A stretch of DNA of 64,000 nucleotides, from assembly GCA_965214095.1 (NCBI GenBank), contig OZ243938.1, positions 3,360,001 through 3,424,000 on the forward strand. Reading direction: 5' to 3'. Position numbers and translations under genes: made by a program. The stretch's first letter is position 1, and each line of letters begins with the position of its first letter. The notes under the pieces are model-generated. The model did not search any database and was not told where the DNA came from. It was given only the letters and a program-made list of their open reading frames with translations. Below, piece after piece: positions 43,101-51,616 of the stretch. Source of the stretch: Candidatus Poribacteria bacterium (lineage in GTDB: Bacteria; Poribacteria; WGA-4E; WGA-3G).

Positions 43101-44287
43101 CCCAATTTTATAGTAATAACGGTATGAAGGAATTAGCAGAAAGTTATGTAATGAAGGGCGGTTTTATACCTGAAGACAAGTGGATTATTCTTGCTCCATT
43201 TGTGAACATAGATTCAAACGGACATATAATAGATTACATTCCTGAGGAGACAATGCAGATTGATCCAACAGCAAAATATTACGGTAGAGATCGACTCATC
43301 AGTTGGGAAGAATCGAAATATAGGTCGTTAGACGGTCATTACAATTTTGCTGAACCGATTGATGAATCTGCTGCTTATTTTTGGGCAATCGCTGTCTCTC
43401 CAGAAGAACGCAATGTTACAATCCGATTTGACAGTGACGATCACGGCACAGTCTGGTTAAACGGCAAACAAGTACATAAGAAAGACGGAAGCAGAGGTCA
43501 GAGAATTGACAGACATTCTTTTCCAGTCACATTAAAACAAGGGGAGAACAAATTCCTCCTCAAGGTTTGCAACTCAACACAGGCATGGGGTTTCTATTTT
43601 CGCATAACAGACGATGTTGGAATGCCGTTTGACGACCTGACATATAAATCTGCAGATGAGTTGCTCAGTGCTACTCCGCCAGAACCAAAATTCCACCTGT
43701 ATACCGTTCTTGGTATGATCGAATACTACAGCAAGAACGACATGCAAGAAAAGGCTATGGAAGAAATGCTCAAGACCGGTCTGATTCATGAAAATCAATG
43801 GTTAGTTCTGGGACCCTTTGACAATACTGAAGGAATTGGATATAACACCGCATATATTCCAGAAGATGCTACAGAGATCAATTTAAATACCGAATATGAT
43901 GGTATTGATGGAAAAGTAATATGGAAAAAATCTACAGATGAGACTTTCAACGGCTATATTGATTTTGATCGGAATGAAAATTGGCGTGTCTCTTACGCAT
44001 GGGTAACTCTCACTTCTCCTGATGAAAGAGACGTGCAATTCCGCATCGGCAGTGACGACCAGAGTAAAATTTGGCTCAACGGCAAAGAGGTGTACGCATT
44101 TCCAAATTATCGTTGGGCAAAAGTTGATAACGATACAATACCGGTTACACTCAAGGCTGGGAAGAACACTATACTTGTCAAAATCTGCAATGAAGAACGG
44201 AGTTGGGGCTTCTACTTCCGCATTACTGATGCTGATGGAAAACCTATGCCAGATCTCAAAATCAATGAAATTCAAAATAATCAGTAA
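34103..44287 (+). CDS. Giant exported TPR-repeat protein with LamG-like and two C-terminal beta-sandwich (PA14/sugar-binding-like) domains
   Basis: 3394 aa, N-terminal signal, many TPRs, TVSAWIRP...WHHIA...GQIDEVRIWN, two W..L.PF.N...SDD...WLNGK repeats. Confidence 0.88.
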   Translation: MIGREKSLFVVFLFCLFVLTLYLTRITFAQDVTNDEQIIERYKLMLVRKPKEGSTFDRVYQFYLENAGLEALVSDYQAESQATPDDANVQLILGHIYKRLGKDTEALTIYQRAVELAPNKYYPHVALGQMYATLRQHEEAIQELNKAASLSEQAQNVPPEELTAIYKALGNAYFSRDKVDEAIQAWKKISELDPDDIFARIELADLFREQELFEQAIAQHEAIIQLKKDEPYRVCLSRREIGNIHEAKGDFEKAIQHYDEALTLTAPGNWLRKDLQHRIIGIFAADSNWEGLIEYYQAKLETTPNEPELIGQLAAAYIENQQLEEGMKTYRQGLALAPTDAALRLNLIASLRNAEKYEDAAAEYEVLSEQDPDDFGIYRELGELYLQIGNQAKAKSVYQKMIDRDPNNPSTHLILAEIYAGHEWIEDGIEQYEKAITLAPKNLDFIEYFGDFYFRQGDREKALETWNRMVAGELNTAENNNQLAELLNAKKFKAEAVAATRKAVELMPDEYRYREALAKQLMENNEYEDALQEFTKAMELAPNAFFAEKMDDKRIELFRRQGTLLEKIEELETELEKTGLAEADVFTYHRQLAKMYLRLGNVTYALEVLLKAKEQEPHDIGVNRWLAEVYHRQGRRDDSNAVYMHLIELDSANAREYHANIAKSYLNVLDFEAAATAAKQVIAHSPRNPEGHQLLAQVAKQSGEYETAIDSLKQAVRLRPEAIDIRRELAAIYKLSGKLQQSLSQYWRCWELSHNINEKLTFVKPLSEVYYDLGRRGEFEERLKQMAKSNTVGVGPVLALTELYRLEGDLPSARFQLAQALNKQREDPELLTHLVQISMELGDLQDALSYQQRLVKVDPDYAHQRQLGELLFDAGREQEAIQAWTKLLHAKNQTLEAEVKLAALLLRHGRSEEAFIVLDRASEKISGTDAHLPLYRLGTMLVSMNEPERAQTYFHRILEMSEPIGNTSNKKSAQPSIFYSSSVPGIERNKFRILRSSVGTIQSRPNFAGASMPWTPKDFEEAQSGALVQLTTIAQSQGKLPELIKHFEDNAEVNPTDVKSIEILVKLYTLVQFDDKAKEAIDRLVEISPNDSAYQPLKLHRIMEENPDYETLKKSLKEMPGMDNVSQLAYIAEYAQMLYHKDKKEDAAKLLSEIENVNVTDINTGFELIDAFHLIDKVDIAERLLTNLPVPPQKQQYQYMRKFESLTDDYIKKDELEKATALFWTYCERTKPTKINPRRVAALAQTSYYYGGYRPIQTSYPAPTAYFNSDRLGYLQSIFRDFWMRDQQQLLFTKFQTEFETTEGRNKIFPALALSYCYWWDENGDEAQQVLTVLQQEFPDDLTLKLNTALASIQTGEHKVATELLENLVATEPRNRKQYQDLLLQLFIRTGDTVAIRELMSKMLSSPIGGTELYQFSQILQDAGFTQYAIAAAKKAMTLAMVQRNPNFLIQLGQHLGNLGRGQDASLLAERALRFANRPDRYGRMMYSWNFQQATKLVNQSKSIKEREDKFITDVEKNPESFQAQLRLAMYYEGTNKISKAAETFKAALKLQPKDDMVRLRYVQMMERNGKANDVIPEYLTLLKNDSSALGYNYKTAVDAFVAAEKFDALISLVKDMIDPVGKYAGSDLTASVGRRCLKEEKVDDAIEIFKKIIKVHPSWYYIHQDLANAYIAAGDVEKAVQYLTDMHELEKTSLTQSQFVLKIAEYYEEAGEREKAIQYIREQLSSDDSSDSDTSYVLKLAELYKEDEKLDSFIAEYDAKLAEFPEDTKLLYLTANLKLSAEDTEGASNHVDQLIDTSLGTVQTNWLYSLAQASDDAGSHKLQFHILEAIAEKLERENSWKLEECYKKLGEAYAKRDELEKAQNAFRKMGTLQIMKDNQTSIYEKRNLGSTYMQHKMWDDAEAIFTEIINDLKASSYDREYSQERVMRIKQQRGEFNTAEQITENLQDMSVGMRRAMAKELMQRNQIDKAIEVYEKIEKEMPEDFESRTQLASLYTRNNRHERAIEIWNGLIDADPENTKFQDGLVDSLQDAGKEEEALQITLKYIEAEPDIGVHHIRLAKLYTNNNRIDDAIATYEKAIELAPGDRQIYLQMAQLYFLKDDMDNVEKAYRNAIQTTPSEYDRQNTERQIIALYRLQGNLEEKMQKAEEEGTITFEMQKLWAETLSNKGELQKSIDAYKKAKNMTVNTYEQSDISERMINLQVKLGDTDKVLETYENESSTDTSVRSIMHRPVGVSVESDADSSRVTLINAFKDKNILDELKTRYESKLEKKPDDVLALSVLANIYWDEEDYKKAGETYQKLSKSQSDNIFNFYYAAVAFKKDKQAELFKEIIKKAESAIETSSNSHDMYYLAGLGTFCYENKLYEPAIKLTKLAIEESRRYGGNYMKDRLYQLLAKNYQATKQYEKAVEAYRSVPSDSNINVQSEIRNIAKEGKLFEKWIPEQLKKVEKDPENTNLRLTLAQNYEYVEKFKEAIAQYEILTSLKPDNSEWHKKLGDLYANLAIERRETGEVVEDTTLTLTGERSYVSIADSETLNNITEQLTVSAWIRPTGYPNEYTKIILKTDERGQNPHVRSFHLQLVEGGKIRTTSAPQDKSFVSISSPANTIKLNNWHHIAAVIDVKKDSFKLFIDGNEVGRSNYRGAKSIHKSQLPFRIGWLHWNDPKLNKSYVGQIDEVRIWNIPRTEEQIRTDMNKQLNGDEPGLIGYWKFDEVKEGIITDSSPNNNDAKLVADAKLEPYKRPVFETTENENKAKSTAAYNKALELNPDSYNYYDLLAKSYLKSDKNADAEKVYRQALDAPLTQSNHDSAVRAIAGLYTADNQAEKLVAILEEIRPRMQSRAVMHRFLAETYEKLKDTEKSQLAYDRWLKIREKEMNRSTSNYSLHNFAKELLDKDLYPEVALKFAKRALQSYTNVSYTYPSTVGRACIANELYDDAIKFYSYAFSATSTISATDSIWRTVLNEGEKHKDNKQYRQLLDNLIDSIPKKEFSKWANGHRMVAQFYSNNGMKELAESYVMKGGFIPEDKWIILAPFVNIDSNGHIIDYIPEETMQIDPTAKYYGRDRLISWEESKYRSLDGHYNFAEPIDESAAYFWAIAVSPEERNVTIRFDSDDHGTVWLNGKQVHKKDGSRGQRIDRHSFPVTLKQGENKFLLKVCNSTQAWGFYFRITDDVGMPFDDLTYKSADELLSATPPEPKFHLYTVLGMIEYYSKNDMQEKAMEEMLKTGLIHENQWLVLGPFDNTEGIGYNTAYIPEDATEINLNTEYDGIDGKVIWKKSTDETFNGYIDFDRNENWRVSYAWVTLTSPDERDVQFRIGSDDQSKIWLNGKEVYAFPNYRWAKVDNDTIPVTLKAGKNTILVKICNEERSWGFYFRITDADGKPMPDLKINEIQNNQ

Positions 44288-44594
44288 GCGGTGTTCTTTT
44301 TGAAGAGAATCAACGCTGAATACGCTTGTGGTATTTAGGCAAATCAACGTCAAATGCACCAAATCAAAGACATTCAGTTCGAAAAGTCCTTCCCTTTCGA
44401 AGGGAATCGAAGCCTGATTGACCTACGTGAGTTGCCACCAACATTAGAAATGCACTAACAACAGCAGCAGCGGCAGCGAAAGCACCAACACATGCAGGAT
44501 TGGTTAAGAACTCAACTATTTTCTCAATCAAAATAACATTATCCCAAGAAGTTTCTTTATCCACCTGTGGTTGTAGACACGTTAATCTATTTTA

Positions 44595-45536
44595 CTATCG
44601 CAAACTAATTCCCCACAGTCCTTTCCTATCAGCTTTCGCACGAGACTCATAATCTGTAAACAACTCTTCATACTTGAATGAGTAACGAAGATCAGCCTTC
44701 GCATACCCCTCACGGATCATCTCAAGATTCACAAAAACACCATCAGAAGAGCGATAAACATACCCGAGTATCCTGTCATATTGATCAAAAATGTGTTCGT
44801 CAAAACGAAGATATATTGTATCATCCAACAGGAATTCTTGTAGGTATCTGAACGCATCATGTCCGTATGGTTCGGGGGGTGTGCGTGGATGTACTATTTC
44901 GGGTGAGTTGACACCAAAAAGTTGAACACTTTTGAGTTTGCCCTTATATTTAATTTCAAAAGTATCGCCATCAATAATTCTTACGACTTTATAGTGAGTC
45001 TCTTTTGGGAGAAGTTGGAAAATATTAAACCCTATTGCAATTACAAGTAGCACTGCTAAAGTATATTTTATGAAATTTGATCTGCGTGTTGATTTATGAT
45101 ATTCCTTTGTTGTTTGTTGAAAGATAACTTGATTCTTTCGGTCTAATGTTGGAAGGTCAGAAACTTGTTGTTCAAATTTAGCTTTCTTTCTTACGCGAAA
45201 TACATTAGAACGTAAATTCTCACAATATATCCATTCATTAGGATTGGCATTGAATGCAAGAATACCAAAACGTGTGTCTGTCGCACTCAGGTAACCTTTG
45301 AGTTGATCGCGTGCTTTTTCCGAATCTCCGTTTTTCTCACCCTTACACTCAACAATAGCAGCCCAGTATCCATCTTTATCCTTTAACACAACATCTGCAA
45401 TGCCATTCATCTTGAATTTACCCGCGCCGATATGGATGTGGCACTCGGTATCTACAGTAAAGTCGTTGAACTTGCTTCCGTCAAAGTATGTTATAACGGC
45501 TTTACAAACTTCTTCTTCAGATAGTAATTTATCCAT
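44595..45536 (-). CDS. HsdR-N-like PD-(D/E)XK nuclease-TM-thermonuclease fusion, copy A
   Basis: ADVVL..IVECK..QLKGY..FGIL, then a hydrophobic helix, then IIDGDT..GVNSPE..DQYDRILGYVY..VNLEMIREGYA..KGLWG. Confidence 0.8.
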   Translation of the reverse strand: MDKLLSEEEVCKAVITYFDGSKFNDFTVDTECHIHIGAGKFKMNGIADVVLKDKDGYWAAIVECKGEKNGDSEKARDQLKGYLSATDTRFGILAFNANPNEWIYCENLRSNVFRVRKKAKFEQQVSDLPTLDRKNQVIFQQTTKEYHKSTRRSNFIKYTLAVLLVIAIGFNIFQLLPKETHYKVVRIIDGDTFEIKYKGKLKSVQLFGVNSPEIVHPRTPPEPYGHDAFRYLQEFLLDDTIYLRFDEHIFDQYDRILGYVYRSSDGVFVNLEMIREGYAKADLRYSFKYEELFTDYESRAKADRKGLWGISLR

Positions 45537-45578
45537 ATTTATCCTAAAATGATTTCAAGGTTGTTGTCAAAGTGACAG

Positions 45579-45965
45579 TTATTCTTTTATGATGATTACA
45601 TCGCTATCGTGATTGTATATAATAGTATCATTCATAACTTCAGCAAGTTTGCGTTTTGCATCCGAAAACTCCCAATTGGCAGCTTTCACACGGGCTTCAC
45701 ATATTTTTACATGTCGAAGTGCTTGCTGGATAGATGAACCCGGCAACCAAGACTGCACTTTAGCAACATCAGAAACGTTATCACTGACGACATTTTTCTC
45801 ACTACCTTTCAAGATACTCACTCGGTGCTTACAATACAACTTACTCTGGCCAGCCTGACATGTGCAAAATGCCGTGAGTTCTTTTCCATTTCTTACGAAT
45901 GTGACTTCGTAAGGTTTTGGTGTTGAACCTTGAACGAGGAACCGTATGCTTGCTGTTGCTTTCAT
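45579..45965 (-). CDS. SWIM zinc-finger protein, copy A
   Basis: VQGS..PYEV...CTC-x8-CKH. Confidence 0.8.
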   Translation of the reverse strand: MKATASIRFLVQGSTPKPYEVTFVRNGKELTAFCTCQAGQSKLYCKHRVSILKGSEKNVVSDNVSDVAKVQSWLPGSSIQQALRHVKICEARVKAANWEFSDAKRKLAEVMNDTIIYNHDSDVIIIKE

Positions 45966-46431
45966 AAATATCCCAACTTTCGTGTGAACTATAGTCCTTT
46001 TTCAATTTGTCTCTCCGCGTGAGCATAAAACCAGTGATCCTATTTCTGAATAAAAGGAATATTCGCTAATATCTGAAAGTCTACGTGTGGACGTACAGGA
46101 CTATCATACCCAAGCGTCAGATAGGTATAAAACTTGTCATTAACAGGCTTATCGCTAACAGCATCGGTTTTGAGATGAAACGTTTTTCTGCCGAAACCGT
46201 GTGCTTCCATCTGGTTAGCATAAAGAGACTGAACTATTTTGATCTATGTGGATATTTTGGTGGGAATGTCATGTTGAATTGTCCTGTCACGGCAGCAGGA
46301 ATCGTAAAAAGCAGCAACAAGCACAAAACACTATTATTTGGCAATCCCTCTCCTAAAGATAGTATGCCAAAGAAATGAATTTATGTCAAGCAGTTTGTCA
46401 TTATCAAAACAGGCGTTCATAGTCGCGCAAT

Positions 46432-46612
46432 TCATTGAGCATCTTGCGTAAGACTGCCACATAAGGATTTGCCTTCTATAGCTACCGCATTCTTATCGTC
46501 TTCCTGTGTAGCTGCGAACACATCCGCTGCCCACGCACTGAGTGTTTTTTCTAAAGCAATAATGTCTAAATCGTTGAAACAATAATGGAGCGTTGAGGCA
46601 CAAGGTGTCTTC
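46432..46612 (-). pseudogene. ISAs1-family transposase fragment
   Basis: TPCASTLHYCFNDLD..LE...W...VAIEGKSLCGS, a decayed IDGKTLRGS motif, bounded by REP elements. Confidence 0.6.
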
Positions 46613-47280
46613 AGACGTAGGTCGGGTAGAGGGCACGAAACCCGACAAGTATGATTGTGGCTATCCTGTCGGTTAGAGTCACGACACCCGACTTTATTGA
46701 CGATAAATGGCTGCATGTCGGGTTTCGTGCCTCTACCCGACCTACAAGATTAGTATAGACAGAACACTATGTTTCCTAACCTCGCCTCAGCAATGTGTAG
46801 AATTAATTCAATAATTTACCAAAATTACCGATATTTACTCAATTTACGTTTAATTGCTAATTGGTAAAAGCTGAATAAATTCAAATCAGTGCCGAATACC
46901 AAATCAACGGTATGAATGTGGTTTGTAGGGGGTTCCAACCCCGATTTTTTCCCAAAACCTTTCGCACTGTTGGTACTTGGTTCCGTATGATATTCTATAC
47001 ACCTTCTTGCACCGCTAATGCTGAAAAGTCTTCTACTACAGCCTCGTAGAGGCGAAAGGTGTATAGTACACGTTGAACCCACTAACAGCAAGCCCAGAGG
47101 GGCGACAGGTGTATTCCATGCACAAACGTAACTCACTAAATTGACGCATAAGGTTCGGTTTCCTAACCGAACCGGATCTTCCGAGAAAACCTTTATGAAC
47201 GCCATTGGCACAAATCCGGTCCTGATGTGGATGGCAAGACAGCTTCAGAGAGTGAACCGAATGACAAGGCTTCTTAGGAA

Positions 47281-47854
47281 GTGAAACCGAGAAATAATCT
47301 AAAAGACCTTTTACAAAATGATACTCCAGAGAAAGAATCTGAACCCGTTGAAGATGCACCTGTTAAGGAGAATAAAAGTCAACGGGCTCCGTCAAGACAG
47401 GGTAAAAAGCTTGTCAGTGGATATTTTGATCCGGATGCACACATGCAATTGAAATTGCTATCTGGAAACGGGGAAACCGATGCAGGGGTTGTTGACAGAT
47501 ACACCATAGGTGTCAATTTAAGGATATTTACCTGTGAAGGATTTTGGAAGTTTATTTTTATCATACACACCTTTCGCACCGCTGGTGCTTGGTTTCTTGT
47601 GGTGGACATTTTCTATACACCTTTCGCACCGCTGGTGCTGATATGTGATTTATAAAAGCCTCGGAGAGGCAGCATGCGCGTGTGGCATGCTGCATGAGGT
47701 GTATAGCGCGTAATATCAACACAGCCCAAGCCCCAGCGGGCCGACAGGTGTAACAAATGCACAAACTTTACTCACTAAATTGACGCCTATGGGTTTGTTG
47801 ACAGATGCACTGAATGTTCTTTTTAAGATGCATGACAAACCGCCAATCGTATAA
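47281..47854 (+). pseudogene. Ribbon-helix-helix protein, frameshifted and MITE-interrupted
   Basis: RAPSRQGKKLVSGYFDP..QLKLL / ETGKPMQGLLTDALNVLF..KPPIV*, resuming after the MITE. Confidence 0.6.
47505..47791. mobile_element. MITE with CATAGGTGTCAATTTA TIRs and 19-bp target duplication
   Basis: Flanks GGGTTGTTGACAGATACAC (47486-47504) and GGTTTGTTGACAGATGCAC (47792-47810). Confidence 0.8.
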
Positions 47855-48095
47855 AGGTGAATATTGTGTCAATATGTGGTGTTCATCAAAAAGAACAATA
47901 TGCGGGATCGGCTGAAATGTGGTTGGATCGGACAATACAACTTACAAATGGCAAAGAGACCTTTTATAGCCACATCGCTAAATATTACTTGAATTTCATC
48001 CTTGACCATGAACGATAGATGCACAGAAATGTTCTTTGATGTTTTCCTGTGGCAATGTTCAAGGTTAACTGTGAGAATGTAATGGGATTGGAAGA

Positions 48096-49268
48096 TCACG
48101 TCTCAATACTGAACTCTTCTGTTTCCTCTGCACTCTTTTCGGTCTCAGTTAGTGTCGGATTATCGTAACTTTGCACAGCTACTTTCAACTGCTCTGCGTA
48201 ATTATAAATATCGTCTACACCCTCAAGTTCGACCCGACTATATTTTTTTGTCCCACCTGAACCTAAGTTGTCACTATCAAGTAATCCCAAGTATTTATTC
48301 TTACTATTAAAATATAGGCGACATATAGGTTTTTTCCTGCTATCATCCAGTATAATACCCATGTAACTTATGGTGTCACGGTGAAATATGCGTTCTGGAT
48401 CAACTACTTCACGGACAATTGACTTGATGATATAATATCCCTCTAACTCTTCTTCGGTTGTTACAATATTGGATTCTTCGTCATCTATTGATTCATCAAT
48501 GTCATCAACTTCAGTTGGTTCTTCCGCTGTGTTCTCTTCTTTGATTGCAGATTGTAGGCGATAATTAAGTTGTTCATTCATGAATTGGTGTAAGGCACGC
48601 CTTACAATTTCTGTGAATTGTTCCACGACACTTTGTGTTCTAATACCACTATAGACAGATGATAGAAAGAATTTTACAAATTCTGGGTGAGGTGTATCCA
48701 ATTGTTCCATGAGGGTCTGCTTAATTTCTTTTGTATACTTCAAGTCGCTGGCAGCAGAAATGGATTCATCCAAATTAAATGCAGATTTAGTAAACCTTTT
48801 TAGTTCATTGACCAAGGTTGGTTGAATATCAAGCATGTCAATTTCAAGGAAAGGCTTGGTGTCCATTATGTTTGTTTCTTCAAGATCTGTGTAAAAGCGG
48901 TATAAAACACCGTCAGTCAAAACAGCGAAACGAGCGTGAACGACTGAAAAGTAACGGTACAACTGTGATGTGTGAACATCAGACAAATCTTCACCATACT
49001 TCTTACATTCAATAAGCATGATAGCATTTTCATCTTTGAATATGGCGTAGTCAACCTTTTCTCCTTGTTTTGTCCCAATATCTGCAGTAAATTCAGGTAC
49101 AACTTCTCTTGGATTAAATACATCGTATCCCAGTAGGTTAATGAAAGGCATGACAAACGCAGTTTTAGTTGCCTCTTCAGTCTGAATAACCTCTTTTTGT
49201 TCTTCTATTCTGGCGGATAATACCCTAAGATTTTCAATAAAATCCATAAAATACCCTTTCTCATACAT
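48096..49268 (-). CDS. Type I restriction HsdR N-terminal-domain endonuclease-like protein
   Basis: TEEATKTAFVMPF..LGYDVFNP.EVVPEF..GEKVDYAI..LIECK..QLYRYF..LTDG. Confidence 0.85.
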   Translation of the reverse strand: MYEKGYFMDFIENLRVLSARIEEQKEVIQTEEATKTAFVMPFINLLGYDVFNPREVVPEFTADIGTKQGEKVDYAIFKDENAIMLIECKKYGEDLSDVHTSQLYRYFSVVHARFAVLTDGVLYRFYTDLEETNIMDTKPFLEIDMLDIQPTLVNELKRFTKSAFNLDESISAASDLKYTKEIKQTLMEQLDTPHPEFVKFFLSSVYSGIRTQSVVEQFTEIVRRALHQFMNEQLNYRLQSAIKEENTAEEPTEVDDIDESIDDEESNIVTTEEELEGYYIIKSIVREVVDPERIFHRDTISYMGIILDDSRKKPICRLYFNSKNKYLGLLDSDNLGSGGTKKYSRVELEGVDDIYNYAEQLKVAVQSYDNPTLTETEKSAEETEEFSIET

Positions 49269-49766
49269 GATGTGTTATACAACCGGTAATTGTTGTCAAT
49301 TGCCGGTCTTTCAAATAACATTAGATTGTTTCTCATTAGGTGTTCCAGTCTCCAGTCTGTTAATATTGGATGGGTGGCAGATATACCGTGCAGTATGCTT
49401 AGCAGTGTCACCCGACTGGTTCATAAAGTATAGCAAAATACGAGAAATATTACAAATACCTTTATGAAATTACAGAGGCATTCAATTGTCAATATTCTCT
49501 ATCGTGGGAGGGGTTTCCAACCCCGATTTAACAACAAAATCAGTCGTCCTCACGCAATTCACGCACCTATTTTATCTCTTGAAAATGTTTTATTTCACTT
49601 TAGGATAAGAAAACTCGACAATTGAATACCTCTGATGAAATTACGAGAATATGGCGGAAATTTCTACATTAGGTGAGAATTATTCTAAAAGCCAATCATA
49701 TAATAGGTTATTTTATCAAAGATGATTAGGTATTTGGCGTTCATGTTTTACTTTTTCTGATATTGT

Positions 49767-51119
49767 TTAGACGAGTTCATTTCCATTTACCGCTTCCAGT
49801 TCAGCGGCAATTATGAGTTGCGTTTCTCTATATTCCTTTGCATCAGGAATACGAATAAACTCAGCATTAACATCATGCGTTTTAACGATGTCTTCAATTT
49901 CCTCAAGACTAACGTTGAAGAATTCTTTACGTGTGTTGATTCTATTGACACTCCGCTTTTCAAGAACACGGTGTATTTCATTCTCAAGTTCAGGTGCGTT
50001 CTCTGAATAGATCATCGCATGAATATCAAAGCGAAACGGAACAGAAGCATCCCCAAGTTCTCTGACCCGATCATTCGGCTCCAATCTGCGAGTCATCCCT
50101 ACCTTATAGACATTTTCGCCAAAAGACCCGATATTAGATATAACATAAACATGTCCCGATTTGGTCATCTGTGCCCTTGACAGTGCGCGTTCCTTGTTCG
50201 CTTGTGCCTCTAACACTAAGTCGTTCAGACGTTCAATTTCAGATTGTAATTTGTTCTGTCTTGCTCCCGTTGCTTCTTCCACTTCTTGACGTGCTTTATC
50301 CAACGCCTTCTGATAACGTTGTTCCTCTTTCTCTGCCTCTTGTTGTGCTTTTTGCACTTCGCGTAGTGCGCGCTCTTCATCGCGTATCTGATCACGAATC
50401 CTGCGTTGTTCTTCCATTTCAATTTGGCGTTTATCCGCATATTCGTGGACAAGTTTGAGTTCATCAAGTTTCAAATTGAGATAGTCTGTCTGAATTGAAC
50501 AGTGGTGCGGTTCTCCGAGCTTGTTAATAGCTTTATATGCTGACATAATTCGTTTTTCTATACTATGAATGTTGTTATAGCGAACCTTCTGAATTATAGA
50601 ATCACATTCACCATTAAAAGCGCGCGCCATCAATTTAATTTGTCTATCAGTTTTTTGTCGCCCTTTAGCCTTGTTACCGTCAACAGTCCACTCAGTAGGA
50701 CAGATAATTGCAGACTTTTCCTTGATCATTAATTTCTGTTCTTTTCGTATTTCATCAAGTTTATCTTTATACTCAGCAGACGTGCCAAAGTCGTATTTAG
50801 GTTCATAAAGTCCGAATGATTGGATTTCCACTGTGTCTTGGACAACAGTAATCTCATCCTTTAGCGTTGACAAGTTTTCTTGAGCATCGGAGATTTCAGA
50901 TTGAATACGACTTTGTTGCGAAGTTAGCGAGTCTAATGCTTCTTTTGCATCCTTTTGTTCTTGTTTAATAGATATCCGGATCCTTTCCTGTTCCGCTTCA
51001 ACATCAAGAATGCTTTTGAATCTCGTTAAGTGTCGTTTCTGCTTGATTACCAGAGTTATGAGATAACCTACAAGAACTAAAAGTAATATCCCTATAATTG
51101 CAATAATTTCAGTTGACAT
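49767..51119 (-). CDS. DUF4041 + T5orf172 (GIY-YIG-like) membrane-anchored protein
   Basis: N-terminal TM, RAFNGECD, GHVYVISNIGSFGENVYKVGMTRRLEP..VPF.FD.HA..RKEFF. Confidence 0.9.
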   Translation of the reverse strand: MSTEIIAIIGILLLVLVGYLITLVIKQKRHLTRFKSILDVEAEQERIRISIKQEQKDAKEALDSLTSQQSRIQSEISDAQENLSTLKDEITVVQDTVEIQSFGLYEPKYDFGTSAEYKDKLDEIRKEQKLMIKEKSAIICPTEWTVDGNKAKGRQKTDRQIKLMARAFNGECDSIIQKVRYNNIHSIEKRIMSAYKAINKLGEPHHCSIQTDYLNLKLDELKLVHEYADKRQIEMEEQRRIRDQIRDEERALREVQKAQQEAEKEEQRYQKALDKARQEVEEATGARQNKLQSEIERLNDLVLEAQANKERALSRAQMTKSGHVYVISNIGSFGENVYKVGMTRRLEPNDRVRELGDASVPFRFDIHAMIYSENAPELENEIHRVLEKRSVNRINTRKEFFNVSLEEIEDIVKTHDVNAEFIRIPDAKEYRETQLIIAAELEAVNGNELV

Positions 51120-51213
51120 AAAATATATCTTGTTCCTCTCTTAATAAATCTCAATAAAAATATGCTTATGAACTTCTCACACATGAGAATATTGTTTATT
51201 TGATGTCCGCTTT

Positions 51214-51558
51214 TTAACGTTGTTGGAATTGTGCTATCCGACTATGTATTCGCCGTTGTGCAGCAGGTATATCGGCTTGTTCAATACCAAAAGCACGTCT
51301 AAGAGCAAATGCCGGAACAGGACTTATAGTCATGTGGCATCGTCCGCAAAGAGTTACCAAGTTTGATAAACGATTAGATCCACCTTGACGGCGGGGCTTG
51401 ATATGGTGTACTTGTGCTTTTTTCGTTTGTCTACCACATCCTTTGCACTGTCCCTTATCGCGTTTAATAACGCGTTCACGGATTGCATGCCAAGGTTCAT
51501 TAGTACGGTATTTTGAACCTCTTTTTTTGTTTGACTGATAATACCTTCTTTTCCGCAA
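51214..51558 (-). CDS. HNH endonuclease
   Basis: RD..CKGCG..VHHIKP..GGSN..NLVTLCGRCH. Confidence 0.88.
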   Translation of the reverse strand: MRKRRYYQSNKKRGSKYRTNEPWHAIRERVIKRDKGQCKGCGRQTKKAQVHHIKPRRQGGSNRLSNLVTLCGRCHMTISPVPAFALRRAFGIEQADIPAAQRRIHSRIAQFQQR

Positions 51559-51616
51559 TTTTATACCTCTTCAATAACGACATTTATTGGACTAAATTAT
51601 TTGTTGTCTGTTATTA

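Noticed and set aside
46085-46378. Plus-strand ORF repeated at 53059-53331
   Set aside because: Better explained as the antisense of a frameshifted minus-strand gene relic that has the RBS.
46825-47211. ORFs of 107-128 aa
   Set aside because: They run through REP/MITE repeats and show no protein-like motifs.
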